Assembly (NCBI GenBank): GCA_020348345.1
Contig: CP070748.1
Span: 449,210-513,209, forward strand
DNA length: 64,000 nucleotides
Direction: 5' to 3'
From: Methanobacteriota archaeon
GTDB lineage: Archaea > Thermoplasmatota > Thermoplasmata > UBA10834
Part shown: positions 48,980 through 58,417 of the stretch, one piece after another
Numbering within the stretch: position 1 is the first letter of the stretch
Layout: every line of letters begins with the position of its first letter
Translations under genes and position numbers: made by a program
The notes under the pieces: model-generated
The model's database searches: none
Told to the model about the DNA's origin: nothing
What the model saw: the letters and a program-made list of their open reading frames with translations, nothing else

Positions 48980-51685
48980 TCACCCCCCTCCTGAATTCGC
49001 GAGGATCTCCGCCGCCTTGGCAGCTGCGCTTGATCCCTGGGCAACGGATTCCGGTATGTCTGCAGGTCCCGCGCAGTACCCAGCAAGATAGACTCCAGGC
49101 ACCTCGCTTCTGCCGAAGTCCAGGATGCTATCGGGGGACTCGAAGAATCCGAACTCAGTCAGCTTCAGCCCGAGCTCCTCGGCCAGCTCGACCGTGTCCT
49201 TCCTTGGGACGAGCGTAGTCGCGAGGACGACCGCGTCGAACTCCTCCGACTGCTGTTTTCCTCCGATATCGAACACGACGACAGGATTGTGCGTTTCAGC
49301 GTTCTCCTGGACGGTCGCGTCGGAGTTGATGTAGCTGACTCCATAATCGCTCTTCGCCCTCTCGACGTACTCGTTGAATCCTTTCGCGCAGGCCCGCATG
49401 TCCTTGTAGAATATCGTCGAATTGATGTCCTCATAGTGCTCTCTGGCGAGCATAGCCTCCTTCGTTGCGTGCATGCAACATACCGCGCAGCAATACGGGT
49501 GCCCAACCTGTGGGTTTCTGGATCCGACGCACTGTATGAACGCCAGCTTCTTCGGATGCTCTCCATCGGACCGTCTGACGATGTGTCCTCCAGTCGGTCC
49601 AGCAGCGTTGATCATGCGCTCATATTCCATAGCTGTGTAGACGTTCGGGTACTTCTTGTAGCCGTACTCCGAGGCGGATGTCGGATCCCATACGTCGAAT
49701 CCTGTTGCGACTATGATTGCCGCAGGGTTCAGCGCCACGGTCTGGTCCTTCATGTTGTAGTCGATGGCGTCCGGTCCGCACGCAGGCGCGCACGCCTCAC
49801 ACTGGGAGCACGGTCCGCAGCTGACGCATCGAGCCGCCTCCTTCAGAGCTTCCTCCTTCGTGAAGATCTTCTCGACCTCTTCGAAAGAGGTTCTGCGCTT
49901 GTCGTCAGGAAGGTGCTGCCTCAGAATCCGTTCGCTCTTCGTAATCTCTCCCTTCATTCTCGCTTTGATGTCCTCAAGGGTGATGACATGCTCGTCCTTT
50001 TCCTCTGGCACCGGCTCGATGCTCTCGCCGTTCAGCATCTTCTCGATGTACAGCGCAGCTTTGTTGCCAGCGCCGAACGCCTCCACAGCCGACGCTGGTC
50101 CCGAAACAGCATCTCCGCCGGCAAATACGCCCTCTACGTTAGTGCTGAGGTTACCCGCGTTCACTTCAAGGGTATTCCATTTCGTAACGGCGAGGTTCTT
50201 TGAGCCCAGAGTGTCAAGATCTGGTGCCTGGCTTACCGCAGGTATGACCGTGTCTACTTCAACCTTGAATTCCGACCCCTCGACAGGCACGGGCCGTGGC
50301 CTGCCGGATTTGTCAGGTTCGCCGAGCTTCATTCGAATGCATTCAATGGATGCGATCTTGCCGTCCTTCCCCTCGATCTTCACCGGCGAAGCGAGGAACT
50401 CGAACTTGACGCCTTCATCTTCCGCGCCCTTTATCTCAGCTGAGATGGCCGGCATCTCGTCCCTGGTTCGGCGGTATATCACTGTTACATCTGAGCCCAT
50501 CCGCAAGGCGGTCCTCGCAGCGTCCATAGCCGCGTTGCCACCGCCTATGACTGCTACCTTTTTGCCGATCTTGACCTGCTCCTTGTCGGCAACTTTGTGA
50601 AGGAAATCCACCCCATGGACGACCCCTTCCAGGTCTTCTCCAGGCACGTCCAGTTTGAGACTCCTGTGAGCTCCTATTGCCAGGAAGACGGCGTCGTATT
50701 CCTTCTTCAGATCATCTAGCGACATGTCCTTGCCAATGGTCTTGCCATACTCGATTTCTATGCCATGCGCAAGCAGGAAGTCGACCTCCGCTTTGAGCAC
50801 GTCTTTTGGAAGGCGATAATCGGGAATACCCCACCAGAGCATCCCACCGGGCTTCGAAGTCGCTTCGAAGATCTTGACTTTAAAACCTTTGAGAGCGAGT
50901 CGGAAGGCCGCTGCCAAACCGGCTGGGCCAGCTCCAACGACCGCCACCTTCTCCTTCCGATCCTCCTCGATCGTGGCCGGCACATCTTCGCCCTGCTCGC
51001 GAACGTAGTCTCCCACGAATGCCTTCAATCCAGCAATGGCCACGGGGTCGTCGACGTCATTTCTGTTGCAGCCCTCTTCACACGGGTGATGGCAAATGCG
51101 TCCACACACGGAGGGTAGGGGTATTGTCCTCCGTATAAGATTCACTGCTTCCTTGAACTTCTCGGCTCGTATGAGCGCCACATATCCCTGCGCGCTCAGC
51201 CCGGCCGGACATTTGTCAGAGCATGGCGCCACACCGGCTCTGTCAATCGTCGCCGCCCTTGGAACTGACTGAAGGAACGGCATGTAGATGGCAGGCCTTT
51301 CCCTCATGTCCATGTCGAACTCATTTGGAAGGCTGACAGGGCAGACCTTGAAACAGTCGCCGCAGCCAGTGCACTTCTCCTCGTCGACGAACCTGGCCTT
51401 CCGGAGCACGTCAACCTTGAAATCCCCAGCCTCCCCGGAGATATTCTTGACCTCCGAGTAGGTCATGACGTTGATGTTGGGGTGCGCGTAGCAGTCCGCC
51501 ATCTTCGGCGCCAGGATGCATATCGAGCAATCGTTCGTAGGGAAAGTCTTGTCCAGCTGTGCCATTCTTCCGCCGATGCTGGGCAGCTTCTCGACCAGGT
51601 CGACCGTGATTCCCTTGTCGGCTAGGTCCAAAGCAGCCTGTATTCCGGCAATTCCGCCTCCGATAACCAATACGGATTTCTTCAA
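48980..51685 (-). CDS. HdrA-like protein with an inserted complete GltD/NfnB-type NAD(P)H:FAD oxidoreductase module (HdrL-like)
   Basis: HdrA FAD motif ([18 protein letters not shown]...[11 protein letters not shown]). GltD signatures: VCGRICHHPCEEGC, VAVVGAGPAGLAAA, WGIPDYRLPK, VAVIGGGNAAMDAA, VFAGGD. C-terminal HdrA segments ([23 protein letters not shown]). TTG start with a GGGGG SD. Confidence 0.8.
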   Translation of the reverse strand: MKKSVLVIGGGIAGIQAALDLADKGITVDLVEKLPSIGGRMAQLDKTFPTNDCSICILAPKMADCYAHPNINVMTYSEVKNISGEAGDFKVDVLRKARFVDEEKCTGCGDCFKVCPVSLPNEFDMDMRERPAIYMPFLQSVPRAATIDRAGVAPCSDKCPAGLSAQGYVALIRAEKFKEAVNLIRRTIPLPSVCGRICHHPCEEGCNRNDVDDPVAIAGLKAFVGDYVREQGEDVPATIEEDRKEKVAVVGAGPAGLAAAFRLALKGFKVKIFEATSKPGGMLWWGIPDYRLPKDVLKAEVDFLLAHGIEIEYGKTIGKDMSLDDLKKEYDAVFLAIGAHRSLKLDVPGEDLEGVVHGVDFLHKVADKEQVKIGKKVAVIGGGNAAMDAARTALRMGSDVTVIYRRTRDEMPAISAEIKGAEDEGVKFEFLASPVKIEGKDGKIASIECIRMKLGEPDKSGRPRPVPVEGSEFKVEVDTVIPAVSQAPDLDTLGSKNLAVTKWNTLEVNAGNLSTNVEGVFAGGDAVSGPASAVEAFGAGNKAALYIEKMLNGESIEPVPEEKDEHVITLEDIKARMKGEITKSERILRQHLPDDKRRTSFEEVEKIFTKEEALKEAARCVSCGPCSQCEACAPACGPDAIDYNMKDQTVALNPAAIIVATGFDVWDPTSASEYGYKKYPNVYTAMEYERMINAAGPTGGHIVRRSDGEHPKKLAFIQCVGSRNPQVGHPYCCAVCCMHATKEAMLAREHYEDINSTIFYKDMRACAKGFNEYVERAKSDYGVSYINSDATVQENAETHNPVVVFDIGGKQQSEEFDAVVLATTLVPRKDTVELAEELGLKLTEFGFFESPDSILDFGRSEVPGVYLAGYCAGPADIPESVAQGSSAAAKAAEILANSGGG

Positions 51686-51846
51686 TCAAAAACCCCCTTC
51701 TCAAATCTCATGTTCATTCGCATTTGCATTGTGCCTACTGCAATCAACGAACCCCTTTTGCCTTTGCGGTATTGAGTCTCTTCTTTTATGTGTTTCGTTT
51801 GGCCATTGGCGAATCTTGTGCGATGAACGCTTCGCGAATCGCCTCG

Positions 51847-53442
51847 TCATTCCAACGCCTCCGCAATCGCCACGCTGAGGTCCTTGATCTTGATGTCCAC
51901 CTGCTCCTTCGGTATCCCTTCGAGCTTGTTGTCTCGAGCGCAAGCCAGATGAATCAGGCACTTGTAACATCCCGTGACAAGGCAGTCCGCTCCCGTCTTC
52001 TTGGCCTCCTTAAGCCTCTCCACCTGCAGCTTGCGCGCGATATCGTCACACGTTGCCCAGGAGCTTACCCCGCAGCAGGTTGCCTTGTCCTTCGTGTTCT
52101 CCATCTCCACTACGTCGGCTCCGAAGCCCTTCATGGCGTTCCTGGGCGAGTCGTAGATCCCCAGGTGTCTGCCCAGTCGGCAAGAGTCCTGGAAGGTCAG
52201 CTTGTCGGCACCTTTCTTGAACTTCAGTTTTCCATCCTGGATCAGGTCGTCCACGAACTCGGATACGTGGGTCATCTCGAATTCGAAGTCACCCATAAAG
52301 TCCTGATAGTCCATGTCGAAGGTTCTCATGCATTCAGGGCAGGAGAACACGACGGTCTTCGCTCCGGAGGCCTTGATGAGCTCTACATTCCTCTTCATCA
52401 GCTTCTGCAGCCCCTCCTCGTCGCCAGTCCAGTTGAGATCATGCCCGCAGCACACCTCATCGTTGCTGACAACAGGGGTTATGCCTGCACTGTTCATTAT
52501 CTTGACCACAGACTGAGGTATGCCAGCGAGGTTGAGCTCTCTGTCGCGGAAGATAGCATCGAAATACGACACGCATCCAGTGAAGTAGAAGACATCACCC
52601 TTGTCCGCCACCTTCAACTCTGGTGTGAGCCATCCCAGTCTGTCTTGCTTGAAATCTCCGTGTGCCTGGAATCGCATCATTCCCTGCAGGAGTCCACCCT
52701 GACTGCATGCGGGCGTTGCCTCGTTGGCCGCCGCCTCGGTCCTCAATCCTCTGATGAAGCCAGAGTAGTCCACTTTGTACGGGCACATCGAGTTGCACTG
52801 TTCACATGTTATGCAGGTCCAGATATCGTTGCTGGCAACGATGGAATCGGCCTGTCCTTCCGTCGCCTTCAGCACAATCGTTCTGGGGGCGAACTCGGGG
52901 TTGTACTTGGCAACGGGACATACGGTCGTGCACTTGCCGCACTCGACGCAGTCGAAAGCCCCAGTGTCCTCGACGAGGCGATCGACGCTGGGCTTGAGTT
53001 TGGCGGGATCGTAGGTCTTCTTCGGAAGCTTTGGTATCGGGTTGGGGCCTAGCTCTCGTATGCTATCCGTGAATTCCTTCATCGTCGAGGCGAACTTCTG
53101 ACCCTCCGAGGCGGAGATCCATTCCAATCTCATACGGGCCCTGCCTATGCCGACCACGTCCAGCAGGTCCTGTGTGGCCTTCATTCTCTTTTCCGCTTCG
53201 ACGTTTCCGGATATGTAATGACAGTCACCTATGTGGCATCCAGCCACGAGTACGCCATCCGCACCCAGCTCGAGCGCCCTCAGAACAAAGTACGGCTCCA
53301 CCCTTCCAGAGCACATCACCCGGATGATGCGCGCGTTTGGAGGATACTGCATTCTGCTGACCCCTGCCAAGTCCGCGCCGGCGTACGAGCACCAGTTGCA
53401 GCAGAAGGCTACGATGTTCGGCTCGAATTTCTCGCCAGTCAT
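51847..53442 (-). CDS. MvhD-HdrC-HdrB tripartite fusion protein
   Basis: N-terminal MvhD ([15 protein letters not shown]...[10 protein letters not shown]), middle 2x[4Fe-4S] HdrC-like ([12 protein letters not shown] ... [12 protein letters not shown]), C-terminal HdrB CCG-domain pattern (CCGHDLN ... CCGVSSW). The start overlaps the hdrA stop (ATGA); the ORF track extends further 5' inside hdrA. Confidence 0.8.
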   Translation of the reverse strand: MTGEKFEPNIVAFCCNWCSYAGADLAGVSRMQYPPNARIIRVMCSGRVEPYFVLRALELGADGVLVAGCHIGDCHYISGNVEAEKRMKATQDLLDVVGIGRARMRLEWISASEGQKFASTMKEFTDSIRELGPNPIPKLPKKTYDPAKLKPSVDRLVEDTGAFDCVECGKCTTVCPVAKYNPEFAPRTIVLKATEGQADSIVASNDIWTCITCEQCNSMCPYKVDYSGFIRGLRTEAAANEATPACSQGGLLQGMMRFQAHGDFKQDRLGWLTPELKVADKGDVFYFTGCVSYFDAIFRDRELNLAGIPQSVVKIMNSAGITPVVSNDEVCCGHDLNWTGDEEGLQKLMKRNVELIKASGAKTVVFSCPECMRTFDMDYQDFMGDFEFEMTHVSEFVDDLIQDGKLKFKKGADKLTFQDSCRLGRHLGIYDSPRNAMKGFGADVVEMENTKDKATCCGVSSWATCDDIARKLQVERLKEAKKTGADCLVTGCYKCLIHLACARDNKLEGIPKEQVDIKIKDLSVAIAEALE

Positions 53443-56400
53443 GTTTTCACCTCCTGCTCGGGCTCCTCGTCTGCAAGTGCCGCCTCTATCATCGTGATGA
53501 TCTGGTCGGATCTGAAGTGCTTCGGTCGAATGGCTCTCGTACAACACTCGACCGCGCATGAGCCGCAGCCTTTGCAGAGAGCCTCCTTGATTCGCGATTT
53601 GAACACTCCGGGCGAGATCTCCTCCACGACCGGGGCTCCGTATTCACAGATGTCCTCGCACCTTCCGCAACCGATGCATTTGTCCTCATCCACGACGCTG
53701 ACGACGCCTTCGGCCTCGATGAACGGCCTTGACAGCACTGTGTTCACTCTGGCTGCTGCCGCGAGCGCCTGCGATATGCTCTCATCGATCAGTCTCGGTG
53801 AGTGGGCGAGACCGCAGAGGAAGATTCCATCGGTGGCAAAATCAACAGGCCTCAGTTTCATATGAGCTTCGAGGAAGAAGCCCTCCCTGTTCTGGGGTAT
53901 CTTCAGAAGCTGCGCCAGATCCTTATTGTCTGGGTTAGGATGGACCGCCGCGTTCAGAACCAGATAGTCAGGTTTGAGTGCAATTCTCTCCTCGATGAAC
54001 TTCTCGTCAATATCTATCTCGAGATCGTCTCCGTTTGCTTTCACTTTCGGAGGCGACTCTGGGTCGAACCTGAGGAACCTGACTCCGAGGCGCGCAGCTT
54101 CGTTGTAGTTCTCCTCAGCGAACCCATAGGTACGTATGTCTCTGAACAGCACGAACACCTCAGTTTCGGGGTGCTCTCTCTTGATCTTCAGAGCGTTAGC
54201 CATCGCGGTTGAGCAACAGATGCGGGAGCAGTTTGGGTGCTCGTCGTTCCTTGATCCCACGCATTGGATGATCACGACGCTTCTGGCGTCAAACTCGCCG
54301 CTGGCAAGCATCTTCCCCAGATCGGTTTGTCTGATGACCTTCGGGTGTTTGCCATACAGGTACTCCTCGGGCTCGTATTCTATAGCTCCAGTCGCCACTA
54401 CGATCGCGCCGTGTTCTATCTTCTCCCCGCTCTTAAGAGTGGTTTCGAAGTTGCCTATGTATCCCTTGACCTCTTCGACGGTATCTTCCAGATGCACTTT
54501 GATCTTCTCGTGTTCCCGAACTTCCTTCTTCAGGCTGGCAAGCGTTTCCCGGGGGTCAACGCCAGAAAGGGTGCTGAATATCGTCCTCAGATGTCCACCC
54601 AGCTCCTTGTCCTTCTCGACCAGGTGAACCTCGTATCCTGCTTTGGCAATCTCTAGTGCGGAGGTCATCCCGCTGAGCCCTCCTCCAATGACCAACGCGG
54701 CGGGTGTGACCGGTATCTTGGGTTGTGGCAACGGTTCAAGTTTGCTCGATTTGGCCACCGCCATCCTCACCAGGTCCTTCGCCTTCTTAGTTGCCGCCTC
54801 GGGTTCCATCCGGTGAACCCAAGAGCACTGGTCTCGTATGTTCGCCATCTCGAACAGGTACTTGTTCAGACCAGCCTCCCTCACCGTGTTCTGAAACAAC
54901 GGCTCGTGCGTCCGCGGTGTGCAGCTCGCGACGACCACTCTGTTGAGATCATGCTCTTCGATTATCTCCTTGATCTTCTTCTGGGTGTCCTGGGAGCAAG
55001 TGTAGAGATTGGCCTCTGCGTAGACCACGCCGGGAAGGCTTGATGCGTACTTCATTACCTCAGGCACGTTGACGACCGCGCCGATATTGATGCCGCAATG
55101 ACAGACGAACACGCCTATGCGAGGCTCCTGACCTTCCAGATTCTTCTCCTCGGGGTATTCCTTCTTGGTGACCAGCTTTCCTCTCTGATCGGCCAGCAAC
55201 GCCGCAACCTTGCCCGCTGCGCCGCTTGCCTGGGCCACTGAGTCGGGGATGTCCTTCGGGCCCGAGAACGCTCCGCAGACGTAGATGCCAGGCGAAGTGC
55301 AGTCGACCGGTGACAGCTCATCAGTCTCACAGAAGCCGTAGCTGTTCATCTTGATACCCAGCATCTTGGCAAGCTGACGTGCCATCTCAGGAGGCTTCGC
55401 GCCGGCAGACAGAACAACCATGTCGAAGGATTCCTCGCTTATGTCAGCATCGTCTATGAAGCTGAGCAAGAGATCGTCGGTTTCATGACTCTGCTGAACC
55501 TTCGATATTCGGTTGTTCCTAAGAATTCTGACACCGTACTCAGTCTCCGCCCGATGAAGGTACTCTTCGAATTCCTTCCCGAACGCGCGCGTATCCATGA
55601 AGAACATGGTCGTTTTGAGTCCAGGCACGTGTTCCTGGGCTATCACAGCCTGTTTGAGGGCTGCCATGCAGCAATACGAAGAGCAGTAAGTGTTCGGTGT
55701 CTGCGCGTCTCGTGAGCCGACGCATTGAATGAACGCTATCTTCTGTGGAACGTCGCCATCCGATGGGCGGATCACATGCCCCTCCGTAGGTCCAGAGGCG
55801 CTCAACATTCGCTCGAACTCTATGTTGCTTACCACATTAGGGTAGACGCCATGGCCGTATGCGTTCTTCTTTGACGCATCGAAGACCTCATAGCCAGTGG
55901 CGAGGATGATCGCTCCGACCTCTATGGTCTCGTCGACCGTCGAGTCCATGCTGTATTCGATTGCGCCGGCCTCGCAGAACTTCTCGCATATGCCACAGCC
56001 GATACAGAGGCCCTTGTCAATCGTGTATATCAAGGGCACTGCCTGAGGAAAGGGGACATAGACCGCCTTTGCAGGTGCGAGATCTCTGTCGAATGAGTTG
56101 GCGCCTTCGATAGGACAGTGTTCCGCGCACACACCGCAGCCAGTGCACTTCTCCTCGACTATGAAGCGCTGGTGCCTTGTGATTGTGACATTGAACTTGC
56201 CCGCCTCTCCTTCTACATTCTTCAGTTCGGCGTTGGTGATGAGGGTGATGTTCTCGTGCCTGCCCGTTGCCACAAGCTTCGGGGACAGAATGCACATGGA
56301 ACAGTCGTTCGTCGGAAAGGTCTTGTCCAGCTGCGCCATCGTTCCGCCGATGCTCGGCGTGGTCTCCAATAGATAGACTTTGTATCCTGATTCCGCGAGG

Positions 56401-56474
56401 TCCAATGCGGCCTGCATGCCCGCTGGTCCTCCTCCCACGACCAGGGCCGCGCCGACGAGTTCGTTATCCGCCAT
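53439..56474 (-). CDS. hdrA: Extended HdrA homolog (about 1011 aa), close paralog of 43230..46271
   Basis: Same architecture as 43230..46271; the central region is roughly 85% identical at the protein level, with near-identical nucleotide stretches. Confidence 0.85.
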   Translation of the reverse strand: MADNELVGAALVVGGGPAGMQAALDLAESGYKVYLLETTPSIGGTMAQLDKTFPTNDCSMCILSPKLVATGRHENITLITNAELKNVEGEAGKFNVTITRHQRFIVEEKCTGCGVCAEHCPIEGANSFDRDLAPAKAVYVPFPQAVPLIYTIDKGLCIGCGICEKFCEAGAIEYSMDSTVDETIEVGAIILATGYEVFDASKKNAYGHGVYPNVVSNIEFERMLSASGPTEGHVIRPSDGDVPQKIAFIQCVGSRDAQTPNTYCSSYCCMAALKQAVIAQEHVPGLKTTMFFMDTRAFGKEFEEYLHRAETEYGVRILRNNRISKVQQSHETDDLLLSFIDDADISEESFDMVVLSAGAKPPEMARQLAKMLGIKMNSYGFCETDELSPVDCTSPGIYVCGAFSGPKDIPDSVAQASGAAGKVAALLADQRGKLVTKKEYPEEKNLEGQEPRIGVFVCHCGINIGAVVNVPEVMKYASSLPGVVYAEANLYTCSQDTQKKIKEIIEEHDLNRVVVASCTPRTHEPLFQNTVREAGLNKYLFEMANIRDQCSWVHRMEPEAATKKAKDLVRMAVAKSSKLEPLPQPKIPVTPAALVIGGGLSGMTSALEIAKAGYEVHLVEKDKELGGHLRTIFSTLSGVDPRETLASLKKEVREHEKIKVHLEDTVEEVKGYIGNFETTLKSGEKIEHGAIVVATGAIEYEPEEYLYGKHPKVIRQTDLGKMLASGEFDARSVVIIQCVGSRNDEHPNCSRICCSTAMANALKIKREHPETEVFVLFRDIRTYGFAEENYNEAARLGVRFLRFDPESPPKVKANGDDLEIDIDEKFIEERIALKPDYLVLNAAVHPNPDNKDLAQLLKIPQNREGFFLEAHMKLRPVDFATDGIFLCGLAHSPRLIDESISQALAAAARVNTVLSRPFIEAEGVVSVVDEDKCIGCGRCEDICEYGAPVVEEISPGVFKSRIKEALCKGCGSCAVECCTRAIRPKHFRSDQIITMIEAALADEEPEQEVKT

Positions 56475-56476
56475 CG

Positions 56477-56920
56477 TTATGCACTCTCCTCAGCAATAGG
56501 GCCCAGCGTCTGTAGTTCAGCGACCATCTTCTTCACGACGTCGGCGAACTTCTGACCCTCCGAGCCCGCAATCCATTCCACTCTGAACCTCTGCGGCTCC
56601 AGGCCCGCATCCTCAAGGAACTCCGAAAGAAAGATCCCCCTCATGGCCGTCTTCTCATTGCCGTTGATGTAGTGACAGTCAGAGGGATGACATCCGGCGA
56701 CGATGACGCCGTCTGCCCCCAGCGAGAACGCCTTGAGAACAAATGCCGGATCGACTCTCCCGGAGCACATGACCCTGATGATTCTGACGTTTGCAGGATA
56801 CTGAAGCCTCGTCGTACCTGCTAAATCCGCACCAGCATATGAACACCAATTGCAGCAGAAGGCTACGATTTTCGGCTCAAAGGCGGGGTGCTCCATCTCC
56901 GGGTTCGTCCCCTCTTCCAT
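56477..56920 (-). CDS. mvhD: MvhD-like [2Fe-2S] subunit
   Basis: [15 protein letters not shown]...AGCHPSDCHY. The ORF track's N-terminal extension overlaps hdrB in another frame; the true start is the Met just after the hdrB stop. Confidence 0.85.
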   Translation of the reverse strand: MEEGTNPEMEHPAFEPKIVAFCCNWCSYAGADLAGTTRLQYPANVRIIRVMCSGRVDPAFVLKAFSLGADGVIVAGCHPSDCHYINGNEKTAMRGIFLSEFLEDAGLEPQRFRVEWIAGSEGQKFADVVKKMVAELQTLGPIAEESA

Positions 56921-56922
56921 GG

Positions 56923-57840
56923 CTAGGTCCCCCTGAGCTTCCTGAGGAATGAGTGTGCTGATACGTGATGAGTGTCGAAGCCCAGAGAGATCGGATCGAT
57001 CCCCATTGCCAGGGCCTGGAACTGCGAGACATGCATCACCGGAATCCCTTCCTTTGTGAAGGACTTCTGCGCGTTGTCGAACTGAAGGAGGCAGAACGGG
57101 CAGCCTGTGACGATGCAGTCGGCCCCCGCGTCGGCTATGTTCCTGCACTTGTCCTCGGTGAGCGAATTGGCCAAGTCCACAACGTGGGACCGCACGCCCC
57201 CGCCCGCTCCGCAACAGTCCAATCGATCCTCGTACTCGACGCTCGTTGCGCCACATGTCTCGACGATCTTGTCGATGTTGACGGGGTCGTTGGGGTCGTC
57301 GATGGTTTGGTTCTCGGTAGGTCTTAGGTAATGGCAGCCGTAGTGCACGGCAGCTCTTATGTTCTTGAGAGGACGTTTCGCGTGTTCGGCGATGCTCTCC
57401 AGGCCGACGTCGTTGATCATGAGGTCTACGTAATGCCGCACCTTCACCGGCTCCATTATGCGCCGCCGCCCCTCAGTCTTCCTCGGAATGCCGGTGTACT
57501 TCCTGCCTATCTGAGAGAGAACTCTGTTCACCTTGCCGAGATTCTTCGGATCCGTGAGGTATTCGGTCGCCTTCAGGAGGGACGTAAGGCAGCCGTTGCA
57601 GACGGTGAGGATCTCCCTCCGCTCGTTCTGGGCGAGCGTCAGATTGCGAGCCGCCAGAAGGAGCCATGTGTTCTTGTCGGACGAGTAGAAGATGCCAGGT
57701 ACAGGACAGCAAGAGAACTCCTTGATGTCCTCAACGTCCAGGTTGAACCCGTCGCTTCCGCAGACCCATCTCACGGCATATTCGATGCCTGGATACCTGT
57801 TTGGTATTATGCATCCGAAGAAATACGCGTACTGGCTCAA
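56923..57840 (-). CDS. hdrB: Heterodisulfide reductase subunit B
   Basis: Two CCG domains (FSCCPVPG ... LDCCGAGGG); HdrB-like length. Confidence 0.9.
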   Translation of the reverse strand: MSQYAYFFGCIIPNRYPGIEYAVRWVCGSDGFNLDVEDIKEFSCCPVPGIFYSSDKNTWLLLAARNLTLAQNERREILTVCNGCLTSLLKATEYLTDPKNLGKVNRVLSQIGRKYTGIPRKTEGRRRIMEPVKVRHYVDLMINDVGLESIAEHAKRPLKNIRAAVHYGCHYLRPTENQTIDDPNDPVNIDKIVETCGATSVEYEDRLDCCGAGGGVRSHVVDLANSLTEDKCRNIADAGADCIVTGCPFCLLQFDNAQKSFTKEGIPVMHVSQFQALAMGIDPISLGFDTHHVSAHSFLRKLRGT

Positions 57841-58415
57841 GTCTTCACCTCGCTCTCAATACCGATGAGCTTATCGTAGCCCGTCGAGCGCACGAGCAGA
57901 TTGATCTCCCGCACAACCTTCGCGTATTCCTTGTCGCGCGAGGGCATGTCCACAAGCTCGAGCTCCCTCCTGACTCGCTCGATTTCAGGATCGGGCTTTA
58001 CGCTCTGACCGTACTTGAGCAGGTTCGATGCGGCCATCTTTATGAACGGAGGTATGACTCCCTCCTTGATCGCGATGTGTCTCAGCGCTATCATCACCTC
58101 AGCAGGGTTGATGTCCGCGGGACAGTGTTCGTAACATCTGTAGCACGTGGCGCAGACCCATCGAGTTTCAAGCGTGAACTTCTTCAGCCCGAACTGGCAG
58201 AACTTGATGATACTCCTGGTCTTGTAATCGATCTTGAGGCTTATCGGACACACGCCGGTGCAATTGCCGCACTGAAGGCATGTCATCACATCCTTGCCTC
58301 CATGCTTCACAATCTCCTTGGCGAAATCCGGTTCCAGCTGAGATTCATCAATGACTCTGTCTTCAACCAGCTTCTCGCGCAGACCGCTGATGAAGGTCTT
58401 CTCCACCTCTCCCAT
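57837..58415 (-). CDS. hdrC: Heterodisulfide reductase subunit C
   Basis: 2x[4Fe-4S] (CLQCGNCTGVCP ... CATCYRCYEHCP). Confidence 0.9.
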   Translation of the reverse strand: MGEVEKTFISGLREKLVEDRVIDESQLEPDFAKEIVKHGGKDVMTCLQCGNCTGVCPISLKIDYKTRSIIKFCQFGLKKFTLETRWVCATCYRCYEHCPADINPAEVMIALRHIAIKEGVIPPFIKMAASNLLKYGQSVKPDPEIERVRRELELVDMPSRDKEYAKVVREINLLVRSTGYDKLIGIESEVKT

Positions 58416-58417
58416 CT

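Noticed and set aside
43445-50600. Many long ORFs in the six-frame track on the plus strand opposite the hdrA genes (for example 43599..44381, 45426..46013, 47738..48643, 49289..50203, 49764..50600)
   Set aside because: These are antisense to strongly supported, motif-rich HdrA and MvhD coding sequences in GC-rich DNA. They have low-complexity Arg/Leu/Ser-rich translations, no motifs and no start context; they are typical shadow ORFs.
56920-57256. Long N-terminal extension of the MvhD ORF (56477..57256) and of MvhD-HdrCB (to 53559)
   Set aside because: The extensions overlap the 3' ends of hdrB and hdrA in another frame. They are Arg-rich nonsense, and a proper Met with ATGA or adjacent coupling follows. 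I judged them ORF-caller read-through of upstream sequence and trimmed the starts.
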